From Candidatus Omnitrophota bacterium (GTDB taxonomy: Bacteria; Omnitrophota; Gorgyraeia; Zapsychrales; Zapsychraceae), in NCBI GenBank assembly GCA_015233405.1, contig JADFXT010000002.1, positions 68,451 through 132,450 of the forward strand: a DNA stretch of 64,000 nucleotides. The letters run 5' to 3'. Positions 28,122 to 36,169 of this stretch are shown here, one piece after another. The notes below the pieces were generated by a model that was given only the letters and a program-made list of their open reading frames with translations, was not told the DNA's origin and searched no databases. Position numbers and translations under genes: made by a program. Every line of letters begins with the position of its first letter. Position 1 is the first letter of the stretch.

Positions 28122-30542
28122 ATGAAAAAAAATCTGAATATAGAGCCCTTTCTTTTCTTGTTCGTTGTCCTCATTGAAGTATTCTTTGCTGCCCTTTTTG
28201 TTTTTTCGAAACGGATTGTCCTTCACGATTCTCTGCTGAATTTCTTCTCGCAGTATTACTTTTATAATAGCATTGCCATGCATAAAGAAATTCCGTTATG
28301 GGTTCCTTATATGACCCACGGGATCCCTTCAGCTTGGCGGTATGCCCTTCAAGGTGGAAACACCTTGCTGACGGATGTGTTTACTCTAGGCGGATTTTTT
28401 TTAAATAAGGTTGTTAATTTTCTCATCCTTTACCGGTTAGGGATCTTATTCAACAAGCTCTTTTTTCTCGTCGGCGTATGGCTTTTATCTCAAAAATATT
28501 ACCGGCACAGTTCAACACGTTTCTTTGTGGCCGCGTGCTGTATGGCCTCTACTGTTGTCGAAACACAGGTGAATTGGAATTTCCTGGCGTTTTACGCTAT
28601 CCCGCTTCTTTTTTATTTTTTTCATCAGTTTTTGGAGTCGCCCAAATGGCGCTATATTTTTTTGGGGATTAATTTGTTCTGCCTTCAGATTACAGGTAAC
28701 TACTCGCCGTACATTCCGATAATTTCATTGTTCGTTTTTCTTTATATCGTTTTTTACGGTTTTCTTCATCCGGCGGAGATCCGGTCAGCATTTTCTCAAT
28801 TGAAACGGCAAAGGTTCCCTTGGCTGTTTTTTGCCTGGACGTCCAGCGTGGTTCTTGCTTTAGGCTGCCTTTTGTATTTTGCCAAAGATCCCAATCTCGT
28901 CAGTATGATCTTTGGAAGGCAACAGGACGGCAGCGTTTCTCTTCAAACTTTTTTGACCTATGGCGGCAATTCGGGGTTAAGACTATGGAAAGAATTGTTT
29001 TTTGGATTCTCTCCTGCCATCGACCATACGGTATTTATCGGCTTTTTATCGCTGCCGTTGATGCTCATCGGCATTTTTCTGTCAAACGATAAAAAAAAGA
29101 TGCTTCCCCTCTTGGGAACGGGAATTGTTTTTTTATTATTTAGTTTATCCACGTTTGTTTCGGTCTTCTTTTATTATGTTTGGCCTTTGATGAAATTTTA
29201 CCGTCATCTGGCGTTGTCCGCGCCGTTTATAAAATTGTGTTTATGTTTTTTGGCCGGGTTTGGTTTTGAGACATTATTCTTCGATTTGATTCGTCGAGAA
29301 AGATCGTTAGCAAAAATTATGACGGTCTCTTTATCCGGGGCGATGATGTTTTCGCTGGCCTTATTATTATCAAAGCTGGCGGTTCAAATCCCTCTAGCAG
29401 AAAAAATGATCTCGAAAATGTTTCTTGAGGAAAGCATGTTCATCAATGATACGGTTCTGCCGTCTTTCTTCACAAAGGCATTTTTTTTAGGATCGATATT
29501 CCTGTTTGTTTATTCGATAGCTTTCTTTTGTTTATTCATTCTTCCTAAAAAATGGTTTAAGTTCGCTATCGGCGTATTCCTTCTGATGCATGCGGTCAAT
29601 ATGTGGGGATACGCTTACAGCGAGGGGATTCGACGGACGTTTCCCCTTAACAGCGTTCAATACAATTTCTTACGTTTTAAAAAAATGCCTTTTTATCCCC
29701 GAAGGCAGTTCGTAAAGCATTCTGTGAATGGAACATATTCCTTAAGGTCTAACAATGAAAGGAACATCCTGCTTAATGTAAGAGGTTTGCTGACCTATTC
29801 GCGGGACAATTCGTTAGATGCGTTCTTATTTAATGATTTTTTGTTTCATTTATTTCGGACAGACGTTCTGGAGAAACCCGTCGACAAATTGATTGAGATT
29901 TATCACAAGACGCCTTTTCAAAATACGTTTTTATATCAAAAAAATTTACAGATGGTGGAATTTTTAGGCGCGATCGAGAATATTCCTGTGCCGTATTTAA
30001 AAATAGCCGGAGTTTCCCAAGACAAACTGCAGGTGTTTAGCACTGCTTATGATTGTTCGGATGAGAAAAAGTTGGCAGCGTATTTGGTCGACGAGAAATA
30101 TCAAGGAAGCGTTTTGTTCGTCTCCAAAGGCCCGCAGGGTAATTCTCTGGAAAAAGTGCCGAACGATAACTCGGGATCCTTTTTGTCCGGGGACAATCGA
30201 GTATATATTCCCTGTGAAATTGTCTCTTTTTCTCCGAACACCTTAGAGGTTATTGTAGATATTATTGATAGGCCTTCCGCTTGGCTGTATTACAGCGACG
30301 CATGGCATCCTTTCTGGAAGGCCACGGTAAATGATAAATCGGTAGGTGTTTATAAAGCGGATATCGCTTATAAAGCGGTGCCATTGGTTAAAGGAATGAA
30401 TCGCGTGAAATTTTATTATGAGGACAATAAAACGGTTTTTCTGCAGTTCTTCTTCGCTTTAAATGGTTTGTTTTGGGTTGGAATGGGCCTTTATCTTGCC
30501 GGCAGGATATGCTTTAATCCTTGTAAAAATTCGTCTGCGTAG
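28122..30542 (+). CDS. YfhO-like polytopic membrane protein (putative GT-C glycosyltransferase)
   Basis: 806 aa and multi-TM. The C-terminal block, DAWHPFWKATVNDKSVGVYKADIAYKAVPLVKGMNRVKFYYE, matches the characteristic YfhO tail (GW.a.vdGk...i...n..f.gv.l..G.h.v.f.Y). Confidence 0.55.
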   Translation: MKKNLNIEPFLFLFVVLIEVFFAALFVFSKRIVLHDSLLNFFSQYYFYNSIAMHKEIPLWVPYMTHGIPSAWRYALQGGNTLLTDVFTLGGFFLNKVVNFLILYRLGILFNKLFFLVGVWLLSQKYYRHSSTRFFVAACCMASTVVETQVNWNFLAFYAIPLLFYFFHQFLESPKWRYIFLGINLFCLQITGNYSPYIPIISLFVFLYIVFYGFLHPAEIRSAFSQLKRQRFPWLFFAWTSSVVLALGCLLYFAKDPNLVSMIFGRQQDGSVSLQTFLTYGGNSGLRLWKELFFGFSPAIDHTVFIGFLSLPLMLIGIFLSNDKKKMLPLLGTGIVFLLFSLSTFVSVFFYYVWPLMKFYRHLALSAPFIKLCLCFLAGFGFETLFFDLIRRERSLAKIMTVSLSGAMMFSLALLLSKLAVQIPLAEKMISKMFLEESMFINDTVLPSFFTKAFFLGSIFLFVYSIAFFCLFILPKKWFKFAIGVFLLMHAVNMWGYAYSEGIRRTFPLNSVQYNFLRFKKMPFYPRRQFVKHSVNGTYSLRSNNERNILLNVRGLLTYSRDNSLDAFLFNDFLFHLFRTDVLEKPVDKLIEIYHKTPFQNTFLYQKNLQMVEFLGAIENIPVPYLKIAGVSQDKLQVFSTAYDCSDEKKLAAYLVDEKYQGSVLFVSKGPQGNSLEKVPNDNSGSFLSGDNRVYIPCEIVSFSPNTLEVIVDIIDRPSAWLYYSDAWHPFWKATVNDKSVGVYKADIAYKAVPLVKGMNRVKFYYEDNKTVFLQFFFALNGLFWVGMGLYLAGRICFNPCKNSSA

Positions 30543-30632
30543 TTTTTCCTAAAATTAGATTTTGAGGGTGAGTTCCTTATAGTCAATGGGGAGATTTTTT
30601 ATGATCTCGTCGTGGAAAGAATTTGAAAAAAA

Positions 30633-30708
30633 TGGTAGCGAGGGACGGGGTCGAACCGTCGACACTGCGGGTATGAACCGCATGCTCTACCAACTGAGCT
30701 ACCTCGCC
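30633..30708 (-). tRNA. tRNA with CAT anticodon (elongator Met, or Ile2 if lysidine-modified); CCA encoded
   Basis: The reverse complement reads GGCGAGGTAGCTCAGTTGGTAGAGCATGCGGTTCATACCCGCAGTGTCGACGGTTCGACCCCGTCCCTCGCTACCA. It folds as a cloverleaf with a 7-bp acceptor stem (G1:U72), a D-arm, anticodon stem TGCGG/CCGCA, loop TTCATAC and a GGTTCGA T-loop. It lacks the initiator features of three GC pairs in the anticodon stem and a 1:72 mismatch. Confidence 0.9.
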
Positions 30709-30856
30709 ACGAAATGAAATATTGATTAAGCGGTAATTTTTCTTCACAAAGAACGGTTGCAAATGGGTCCCGACCAAAGCGTCGGGGGCTGAACTATCCC
30801 ACGTGAACGGAAATTATAGCATAGATTTATTGGATTTCTACAGAAAAATTATTCGC

Positions 30857-31054
30857 TTATTTTTTATAAGTTTTAATAAAATTTTCAATGGAGCGGTCAT
30901 AGGTTTTCTCTGCATCCGACGGGAAATAGCAAGCCGGTAACGCGCCTTTTTTTCTGTGGTAATGCAGGCATTCGCAGCACAAACCTTTCCTCGAGCACCC
31001 CGAATAACTGCAGGTGCAAATCTCTAAATTTCTTATTTTATTTGGGCAGTTCAT
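30857..31054 (-). CDS. Cys-rich miniprotein (probable metal-binding), unknown function
   Basis: 65 aa, with 8 Cys and 2 His in the first 44 residues: C..(9)..CTC....C.....CCEC.H.H........C. Confidence 0.5.
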   Translation of the reverse strand: MNCPNKIRNLEICTCSYSGCSRKGLCCECLHYHRKKGALPACYFPSDAEKTYDRSIENFIKTYKK

Positions 31055-31082
31055 AAAAAAGCAAACTCCTTTCTGGTGTTAC

Positions 31083-32396
31083 TTATGGGGCAGTCAGAAG
31101 AAGCGAGGTGTTGGTAAAAAATGCTCCGGCCACACAGGCGGTCATTAAACACGCTAGCGTTGCTGCAATCAACGCCTGAAACGCTACTTTGCTAATGGTG
31201 GCGGTCCTTTCTGGCGCCAAGGCTGAAATCCCGCCGACAAAGATAGCCATTGATGCTAAATGGGCAAATCCGCACAAGGCATAGGTCGCAATCACGGCGG
31301 ACCGAGGATCTGTTAAAAGGTGCTGTTTTAGTGCTTCAGCAAGGTCTTTATAGGCCACGACTTCGGTGACGACCATCCGCTCTCCGATGATTTTAGAAAT
31401 AATACTAACGTCCTGCGCAGGAACACCTAAAATCCACGTCAGCGGATAGAAAATATATCCCAGGATGTTTTTTAGCGACCAGATGAATTGCCAATGGAAA
31501 ACCGTGTTCATTTTTCCGCCGAGAAATCCTAGGAAAAGGTCAAACAAGGACACCAGCCCTAAGACGGCGATCAAAAGAGCCACAATACCGACGACCATTT
31601 TAAGCCCCTCATTTGCGCCTTTGATGATCGTTTCAAAAAGTGAGCTGTCTTTATCATAATGCGGATGGATATGGACGCCTAAGGTCTTGGGCGTTTCCGT
31701 TTCCGGAACCATGATCTTGGACATCACAATGGCGGCGGGCGCGGATAATAAAGACGCGGCCATCAGATGGGCGGTAATCGTCGGAAATTGTTCGCGCAGC
31801 GTAAAGACGTACAGCGACAAGACGTTGGCCGCGATGGTCGCCATGCCGGCGGTCAGGATCGTGCAGAATTCCGAGCGGGTCATTTTTTTAATATGCGGCT
31901 TGACCGTTAAATTGGATTCGATGCCCATAAAAATATTGCTGGCCGTGACTAAGGATTCCGCGCCGGAGACTTTCATCAGTTTGGTAAACATCGTCGAGAA
32001 TGTGCGGATAATAATCGGCATAATGTTACAAAAATATAGGATGTTGATAAGTGCCGAGAAAAAGATGATCGTCGGGAAGCCCTGAAAGGCCAGGATAAAT
32101 CCCAGCGACCCCTCTCCGGCTCCATTGGTTTGCCCCGGGGACAGCGCCAGGCGGCCGAAGATGAATTCGGAGCCTGCGGACGCGGAGTTTAAAATTTTAC
32201 CGACGAGATCATTGAGGAATAGAAAGAATTTTGAGCCCGCGGGGACGATAAAGACAAAAAAGGCGATCAGGATTTGAAGAATGACCCCCCAGGCAATAAC
32301 GCGCCAATTCATTTTCCGTTTGTTATCGGAAAAAAGCCACGCTAAGGCCATGAGGATAAAAATGCCGCAGAAACTGATCAGGTTATAGATCGTCAT
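31083..32396 (-). CDS. concentrative nucleoside transporter (NupC/CNT family)
   Basis: 437 aa and multi-TM. GFILAFQGFPTIIFFSALINILYF and the C-terminal ALCGFAHLASMAIFVGG block are typical of CNT/NupC proteins. Confidence 0.8.
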   Translation of the reverse strand: MTIYNLISFCGIFILMALAWLFSDNKRKMNWRVIAWGVILQILIAFFVFIVPAGSKFFLFLNDLVGKILNSASAGSEFIFGRLALSPGQTNGAGEGSLGFILAFQGFPTIIFFSALINILYFCNIMPIIIRTFSTMFTKLMKVSGAESLVTASNIFMGIESNLTVKPHIKKMTRSEFCTILTAGMATIAANVLSLYVFTLREQFPTITAHLMAASLLSAPAAIVMSKIMVPETETPKTLGVHIHPHYDKDSSLFETIIKGANEGLKMVVGIVALLIAVLGLVSLFDLFLGFLGGKMNTVFHWQFIWSLKNILGYIFYPLTWILGVPAQDVSIISKIIGERMVVTEVVAYKDLAEALKQHLLTDPRSAVIATYALCGFAHLASMAIFVGGISALAPERTATISKVAFQALIAATLACLMTACVAGAFFTNTSLLLTAP

Positions 32397-32397
32397 T

Positions 32398-32700
32398 TTA
32401 AGTATAGAAAATGATGTAAAGAAGCAGAGCGATGAGGATTCCGGCTAACAAGTAAAAGTCGTTAAAATAAAAGAAGTCTTTGACCCTATCTATGGGAGAG
32501 TGCGGATATTCCAGGTTTTCTTTGACGACGTGCCCGCTATTACGCAGGGATAAAACCTCCGCTTTTTTAAGGCGCAGGAATTTATTGGCAATCCGGTAAG
32601 CCTGAAGTTTCTTTTCTTCAATCAGGTCCATGACCTTTTTTTCGGTTATGCCTAAAAGTTGCGCGGTTTCCCGCACGGATATGAATTGGGATGTTGACAT
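32398..32700 (-). CDS. excisionase-type HTH DNA-binding domain with a C-terminal transmembrane anchor
   Basis: The N-terminus, ISVRETAQLLGITEKKVMDLIEEKKLQAYRIANKFLRLKKAEV, fits the HTH_17/excisionase pattern. The C-terminal LLAGILIALLLYIIFY is a TM helix. Confidence 0.6.
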   Translation of the reverse strand: MSTSQFISVRETAQLLGITEKKVMDLIEEKKLQAYRIANKFLRLKKAEVLSLRNSGHVVKENLEYPHSPIDRVKDFFYFNDFYLLAGILIALLLYIIFYT

Positions 32701-32709
32701 AGAGAATTA

Positions 32710-33231
32710 TTATCTGCTTTGTGTCGCCCATCGGTCGATTTGGGCGCGTTCAAATTTCCAGGAATTATCAATTTTTTTCCCCGGGATCTCGCCGGAGTTT
32801 GCTAACCGTTCGATCTCGGACATGTCAATCTCGAGGTATTTTGCCACTTCGCCAAGGTCGAGAAGTCCGCTGTCTTCGGGCATCTGGCAGTTACCCTGGA
32901 AGAATGCGCCTTCGACGATATTGAGTTTTGGCGTCGAGATGTTTCCTCGTAAAACCGCCGTGGGCATGAGGACCAGCATTTTACGGGCCAGGATGTCGCC
33001 TTTGACTTTTCCCGCGATAATGATGCTGTCGCCGTTAACGTTCGCTTCCACCTGGGCGGTATTACCAATAGTCAAGGTCCCTTTGGTTTCGAGGCTGCCG
33101 TTAAAATCCCCGTTAATTTTTAAATTGACCGGGTCATTAAAAACCATGGTACCTTGCATCTTGGCATTGATTTCAATGATCTTATCGATTTCAGGTTCTT
33201 GCTTAAGATTTGATTTTGGTTTAAAGGCCAT
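32710..33231 (-). CDS. bactofilin (DUF583 beta-helix) fused to a C-terminal excisionase-type HTH domain
   Basis: The bactofilin repeat pattern is INGDFNGSLETKGTLTIGNTAQVEANVNGDSIIIAGKVKGDILARKMLVLMPTAVLRGNISTPKLNIVEGAFFQGNCQM. Then LDLGEVAKYLEIDMSEIERLANSGEIPGKKIDNSWKFERAQIDRW is HTH_17-like. A strong AAGGAG RBS lies upstream. Confidence 0.75.
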   Translation of the reverse strand: MAFKPKSNLKQEPEIDKIIEINAKMQGTMVFNDPVNLKINGDFNGSLETKGTLTIGNTAQVEANVNGDSIIIAGKVKGDILARKMLVLMPTAVLRGNISTPKLNIVEGAFFQGNCQMPEDSGLLDLGEVAKYLEIDMSEIERLANSGEIPGKKIDNSWKFERAQIDRWATQSR

Positions 33232-33260
33232 TTGGACTCTCCTTGATAAGGAAAATATTT

Positions 33261-33701
33261 TTAATTTTGTTCCTCTTTTGCATTTTGATGCAAGCGGCTG
33301 TCAATTGAACGCATACCGACGAGGACGATAAAAACAACCAGGGTCACCATCACGGCTGCGGTGTAATGACCGGCGCCGACGCTAATGCCGATACAAGACA
33401 CGATCCACAATGTCGCTGCGGTCGTAAGGCCGATGACCGACGGGCCGGAACGGATAATGGTTCCCGCGCATAAAAATCCGATTCCTGTGATGATATTGGC
33501 GATCATGCGGGTTGGGTCAATCACAACGACACCTTTGTATATATCAAAAAGGTATAGTGAAGTCAACACAATCAGGCAAGATCCTACCCCCACTAAAATG
33601 TGGGTCCGAAGTCCCGCAACTTTGGAGCGGACTTCTCTTTCCGCGCCGATGACGCTGCATAAGAAAATCGTTAAGACAATTTTAATAAATTCTTGCAGCA
33701 T
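33261..33701 (-). CDS. MgtC/SapB-family membrane protein (membrane domain only)
   Basis: Carries the GAEREVRSKVAGLRTHILV signature and four to five TM helices. At 146 aa it lacks the soluble C-terminal domain. Confidence 0.75.
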   Translation of the reverse strand: MLQEFIKIVLTIFLCSVIGAEREVRSKVAGLRTHILVGVGSCLIVLTSLYLFDIYKGVVVIDPTRMIANIITGIGFLCAGTIIRSGPSVIGLTTAATLWIVSCIGISVGAGHYTAAVMVTLVVFIVLVGMRSIDSRLHQNAKEEQN

Positions 33702-33715
33702 AAAAATTCTCCTTT

Positions 33716-34651
33716 CTATACATAATGATATGCCATTCCCGCGACCATGGCTGCGTTATCGACGCATAAAGCGATCGGCGGGAAGAAGGTTTCAATTCCC
33801 GATTTTCCTGCTGCCTCTTGTAATTTATTCCGTAAACTAGAATTGGCCGCAACACCTCCACCGACCAAGAGCGTCTTTGTTTTTAATTTTTGGCACGCGT
33901 CTAAGCATTTGTAGACGAGATTTTGGACCACGCTCTCCTGGAAAGCAAAAACGACATCTTCCACCTTTGCCTTAGGGTTGGATTTGGTGTAATAAAGCAC
34001 CGCGGTTTTAATTCCGCTAAAACTGAAATTAAATGTGTCTTTTAAAGGCGCGCAGCTAAATCGGATATTATTGTTCTTGCTGCTTTTTTGAGCCAAGCGG
34101 TCAATGACCGGCCCGCCGGGATATCCTAAATTTAGTATTCGCGCAACTTTGTCAAATGCTTCACCGGCAGCGTCATCAAGCGTGTGCCCAAGTAGTTTAA
34201 AGTTTTTAAACGAAGTGATCTGATACAAGCTTGTGTGTCCGCCGGAGACGATAAGCCCGATGGCCGGAAGTTTTGGCGATTTCTCCAATAGGAAATTCGC
34301 GTACAAGTGGGCTTTGATGTGATCTATCTCGACCAAGGGTTTGTTTAAAGCAAAACTTAAAGCCCGTGCAAACGACGTCCCGACAAGCAAGGATCCAATA
34401 AGCCCTGGCGAAGCGGTGACCGCAACAGCGTCGATATCGTTAAGTTTGATATGGGCATCGATTAAAGATTGCTCGACGATGCTGTTAATGAATTCTAAAT
34501 GATGGCGTGAGGCGATTTCCGGAATGATCCCGCCGAACTTAGCATGTTTTTTTAAACTTGTGACAACGACGTTGGACAGAATCGTTCGGCCGTCTTTGAC
34601 GACGGACGCAGCGGTTTCATCGCATGATGTTTCAATGCCTAAAATATTCAT
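33716..34651 (-). CDS. tsaD: tRNA N6-adenosine threonylcarbamoyltransferase
   Basis: Carries MNILGIETSCDETAA, SGGHT and VGGGVAANS. Confidence 0.9.
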   Translation of the reverse strand: MNILGIETSCDETAASVVKDGRTILSNVVVTSLKKHAKFGGIIPEIASRHHLEFINSIVEQSLIDAHIKLNDIDAVAVTASPGLIGSLLVGTSFARALSFALNKPLVEIDHIKAHLYANFLLEKSPKLPAIGLIVSGGHTSLYQITSFKNFKLLGHTLDDAAGEAFDKVARILNLGYPGGPVIDRLAQKSSKNNNIRFSCAPLKDTFNFSFSGIKTAVLYYTKSNPKAKVEDVVFAFQESVVQNLVYKCLDACQKLKTKTLLVGGGVAANSSLRNKLQEAAGKSGIETFFPPIALCVDNAAMVAGMAYHYV

Positions 34652-34786
34652 ATTAAATCATAAATTCGGAGCGCGAAATTCGAAACAAATCTAAAATTCT
34701 AAGAAGCAAACATTTTGGGCTTCGAATTTAGAAGTTGTTTCGGATTTTGAATTTCGGTTTTCCGATTTCCGACAGATAAAGGCTAT

Positions 34787-36169
34787 TTATTTTGTTTTTT
34801 CTATCTTCTTTTCTGTCGCCTCTGTTGTATCAGTCGCCGGAGTATTGAGAAGATCTGTTCCAAACCCCTTATAAACTCGAATGCCTTTTAACACATTGAT
34901 AGCGGTTTGAACTTGATTGTCCGCTAATAACGCTGCATGAATATCCGCTGCACTTTTTTTGGTTCCTTCGGGTTCTTTATCTTTGGCAGGCTCTTTATTT
35001 TGTTTTTCGACATTTTCAAACAATTCATCGACCTTGGCTTTGGTGTCGTCTTTATCGTCTTTGGACAAGGCCATAGGTTCGACGATAATATCGGGAACGA
35101 TCCCTTTTTCATGGATAGAGGCCCCGGACGGCGTATAATATTTGCTCGTCGTTAACCGTAAGCCTGACCCGTCGGGTAAAGGAATCACGGATTGGACAGA
35201 ACCTTTTCCAAAGGATTTTGTTCCGATAAGAATACCGCGTTTGTTGTCTTTGATGGCACCAGCCAAGATCTCACTTCCTGAGGCGCTTCCCTCATTAATC
35301 AAGACCACCAAGGGCCAGTCGATCAAATGATTTTTATTTTCAGAAAGCGTGATCGTGTTCTGCGACGGATGACGGCCTCGAGTAGAAACAATCACTTCTC
35401 CGGCCGGAATGAATTCTTCCGTAATTTTAATCGCCACGTTTAAAAGCCCGCCGGGATTATTACGAAGGTCCAAAACCAGACTATTAGCGCCGAGCGTTTG
35501 GAGTTGATTTAAGGCTTTACGAAATTCCGTTGCGCTGTCTTCGCGGAATTCTGTCAAACGGATATAGCCTACGTTATCTTGCAGAATTTGCGTATTTTTC
35601 ACGTCCTGAATATGGATGATTTCTCGTTTCAAGGTCTCTTCGATAATTTCAAAAGGTTTCTCTCTTAAAATGGTAATGTGAACATCCGTTCCCGGTTCGC
35701 CGCGTAATTTTTTGACGGCGTCATTTAAAGTGATATCCTTTGTCATCTTCCCTTCGATCTTAACGATGCGGTCACCGGATTTTAATCCCGCTCGCCATGC
35801 CGGAGTGTCTTCAATGGGGCTCACGATAGTCAAAAGCCCGTCTTTGATGGAAATCTCAATGCCTAACCCTCCGAATTTCCCTTGGGTTTCTGTCTTAAGT
35901 TCGGTGTATTCTTCCGGGTCGAGGAATTGGCTATGGGGATCAAGTGAGGCGAGCATCCCTTTTAAGGAGCCGTAGATCAAGTCTTTGGGTGTGAGCTCGT
36001 CGACATAATCGGATTGGATGGTCGTTAAGCTGTAGCTAAAAAGTTCGATCTCAGAATACAGATCGTCTTTCTTGTCTCTGCTTTTATCGGTATCAGCAGC
36101 CATTACGGCCGTTGTGACCGATAATGCAAACAGCGTGGATAAAACAATGAGCGGCAGTTTCTTAAACAT
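34787..36169 (-). CDS. ctp: carboxy-terminal processing protease (S41) with PDZ domain
   Basis: Has a signal peptide, a PDZ domain (GGLGIEI...AGLKSGDRIVKIEG), the catalytic region LINEGSASGSEI and KSFGKGSVQ. Confidence 0.85.
   Translation of the reverse strand: MFKKLPLIVLSTLFALSVTTAVMAADTDKSRDKKDDLYSEIELFSYSLTTIQSDYVDELTPKDLIYGSLKGMLASLDPHSQFLDPEEYTELKTETQGKFGGLGIEISIKDGLLTIVSPIEDTPAWRAGLKSGDRIVKIEGKMTKDITLNDAVKKLRGEPGTDVHITILREKPFEIIEETLKREIIHIQDVKNTQILQDNVGYIRLTEFREDSATEFRKALNQLQTLGANSLVLDLRNNPGGLLNVAIKITEEFIPAGEVIVSTRGRHPSQNTITLSENKNHLIDWPLVVLINEGSASGSEILAGAIKDNKRGILIGTKSFGKGSVQSVIPLPDGSGLRLTTSKYYTPSGASIHEKGIVPDIIVEPMALSKDDKDDTKAKVDELFENVEKQNKEPAKDKEPEGTKKSAADIHAALLADNQVQTAINVLKGIRVYKGFGTDLLNTPATDTTEATEKKIEKTK

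Noticed and set aside
30583-30777. 64-aa ORF overlapping the tRNA gene
   Set aside because: It reads straight through the tRNA sequence, and the tRNA cloverleaf is unambiguous.
30709-30856. 148-nt region upstream of the tRNA with a TATAAT hexamer and a CCCGAC-gctttg-GTCGGG hairpin; considered as a small RNA or degenerate tRNA
   Set aside because: The GGGATAGTTCAGC stretch resembles a D-arm, but no acceptor, anticodon or T-arm can be completed. It is most simply a tRNA promoter and leader, and I cannot support an RNA gene call.
32630-33331. 233-aa plus-strand ORF spanning the whole bactofilin gene
   Set aside because: It is antisense to the bactofilin-HTH gene, which has a clear domain pattern and a strong RBS. 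The plus-strand translation is low-complexity (S/R/L/P-rich) and crosses two gene boundaries.
30543-33701. Possible genomic island next to the tRNA gene (Cys-rich ORF, nupC, HTH proteins of excisionase type, mgtC)
   Set aside because: There is no integrase, no direct repeat of the tRNA 3' end, and the genes are contiguous and co-oriented with the housekeeping flanks (tsaD). The excisionase-type HTH domains are fused to structural modules rather than standing alone.
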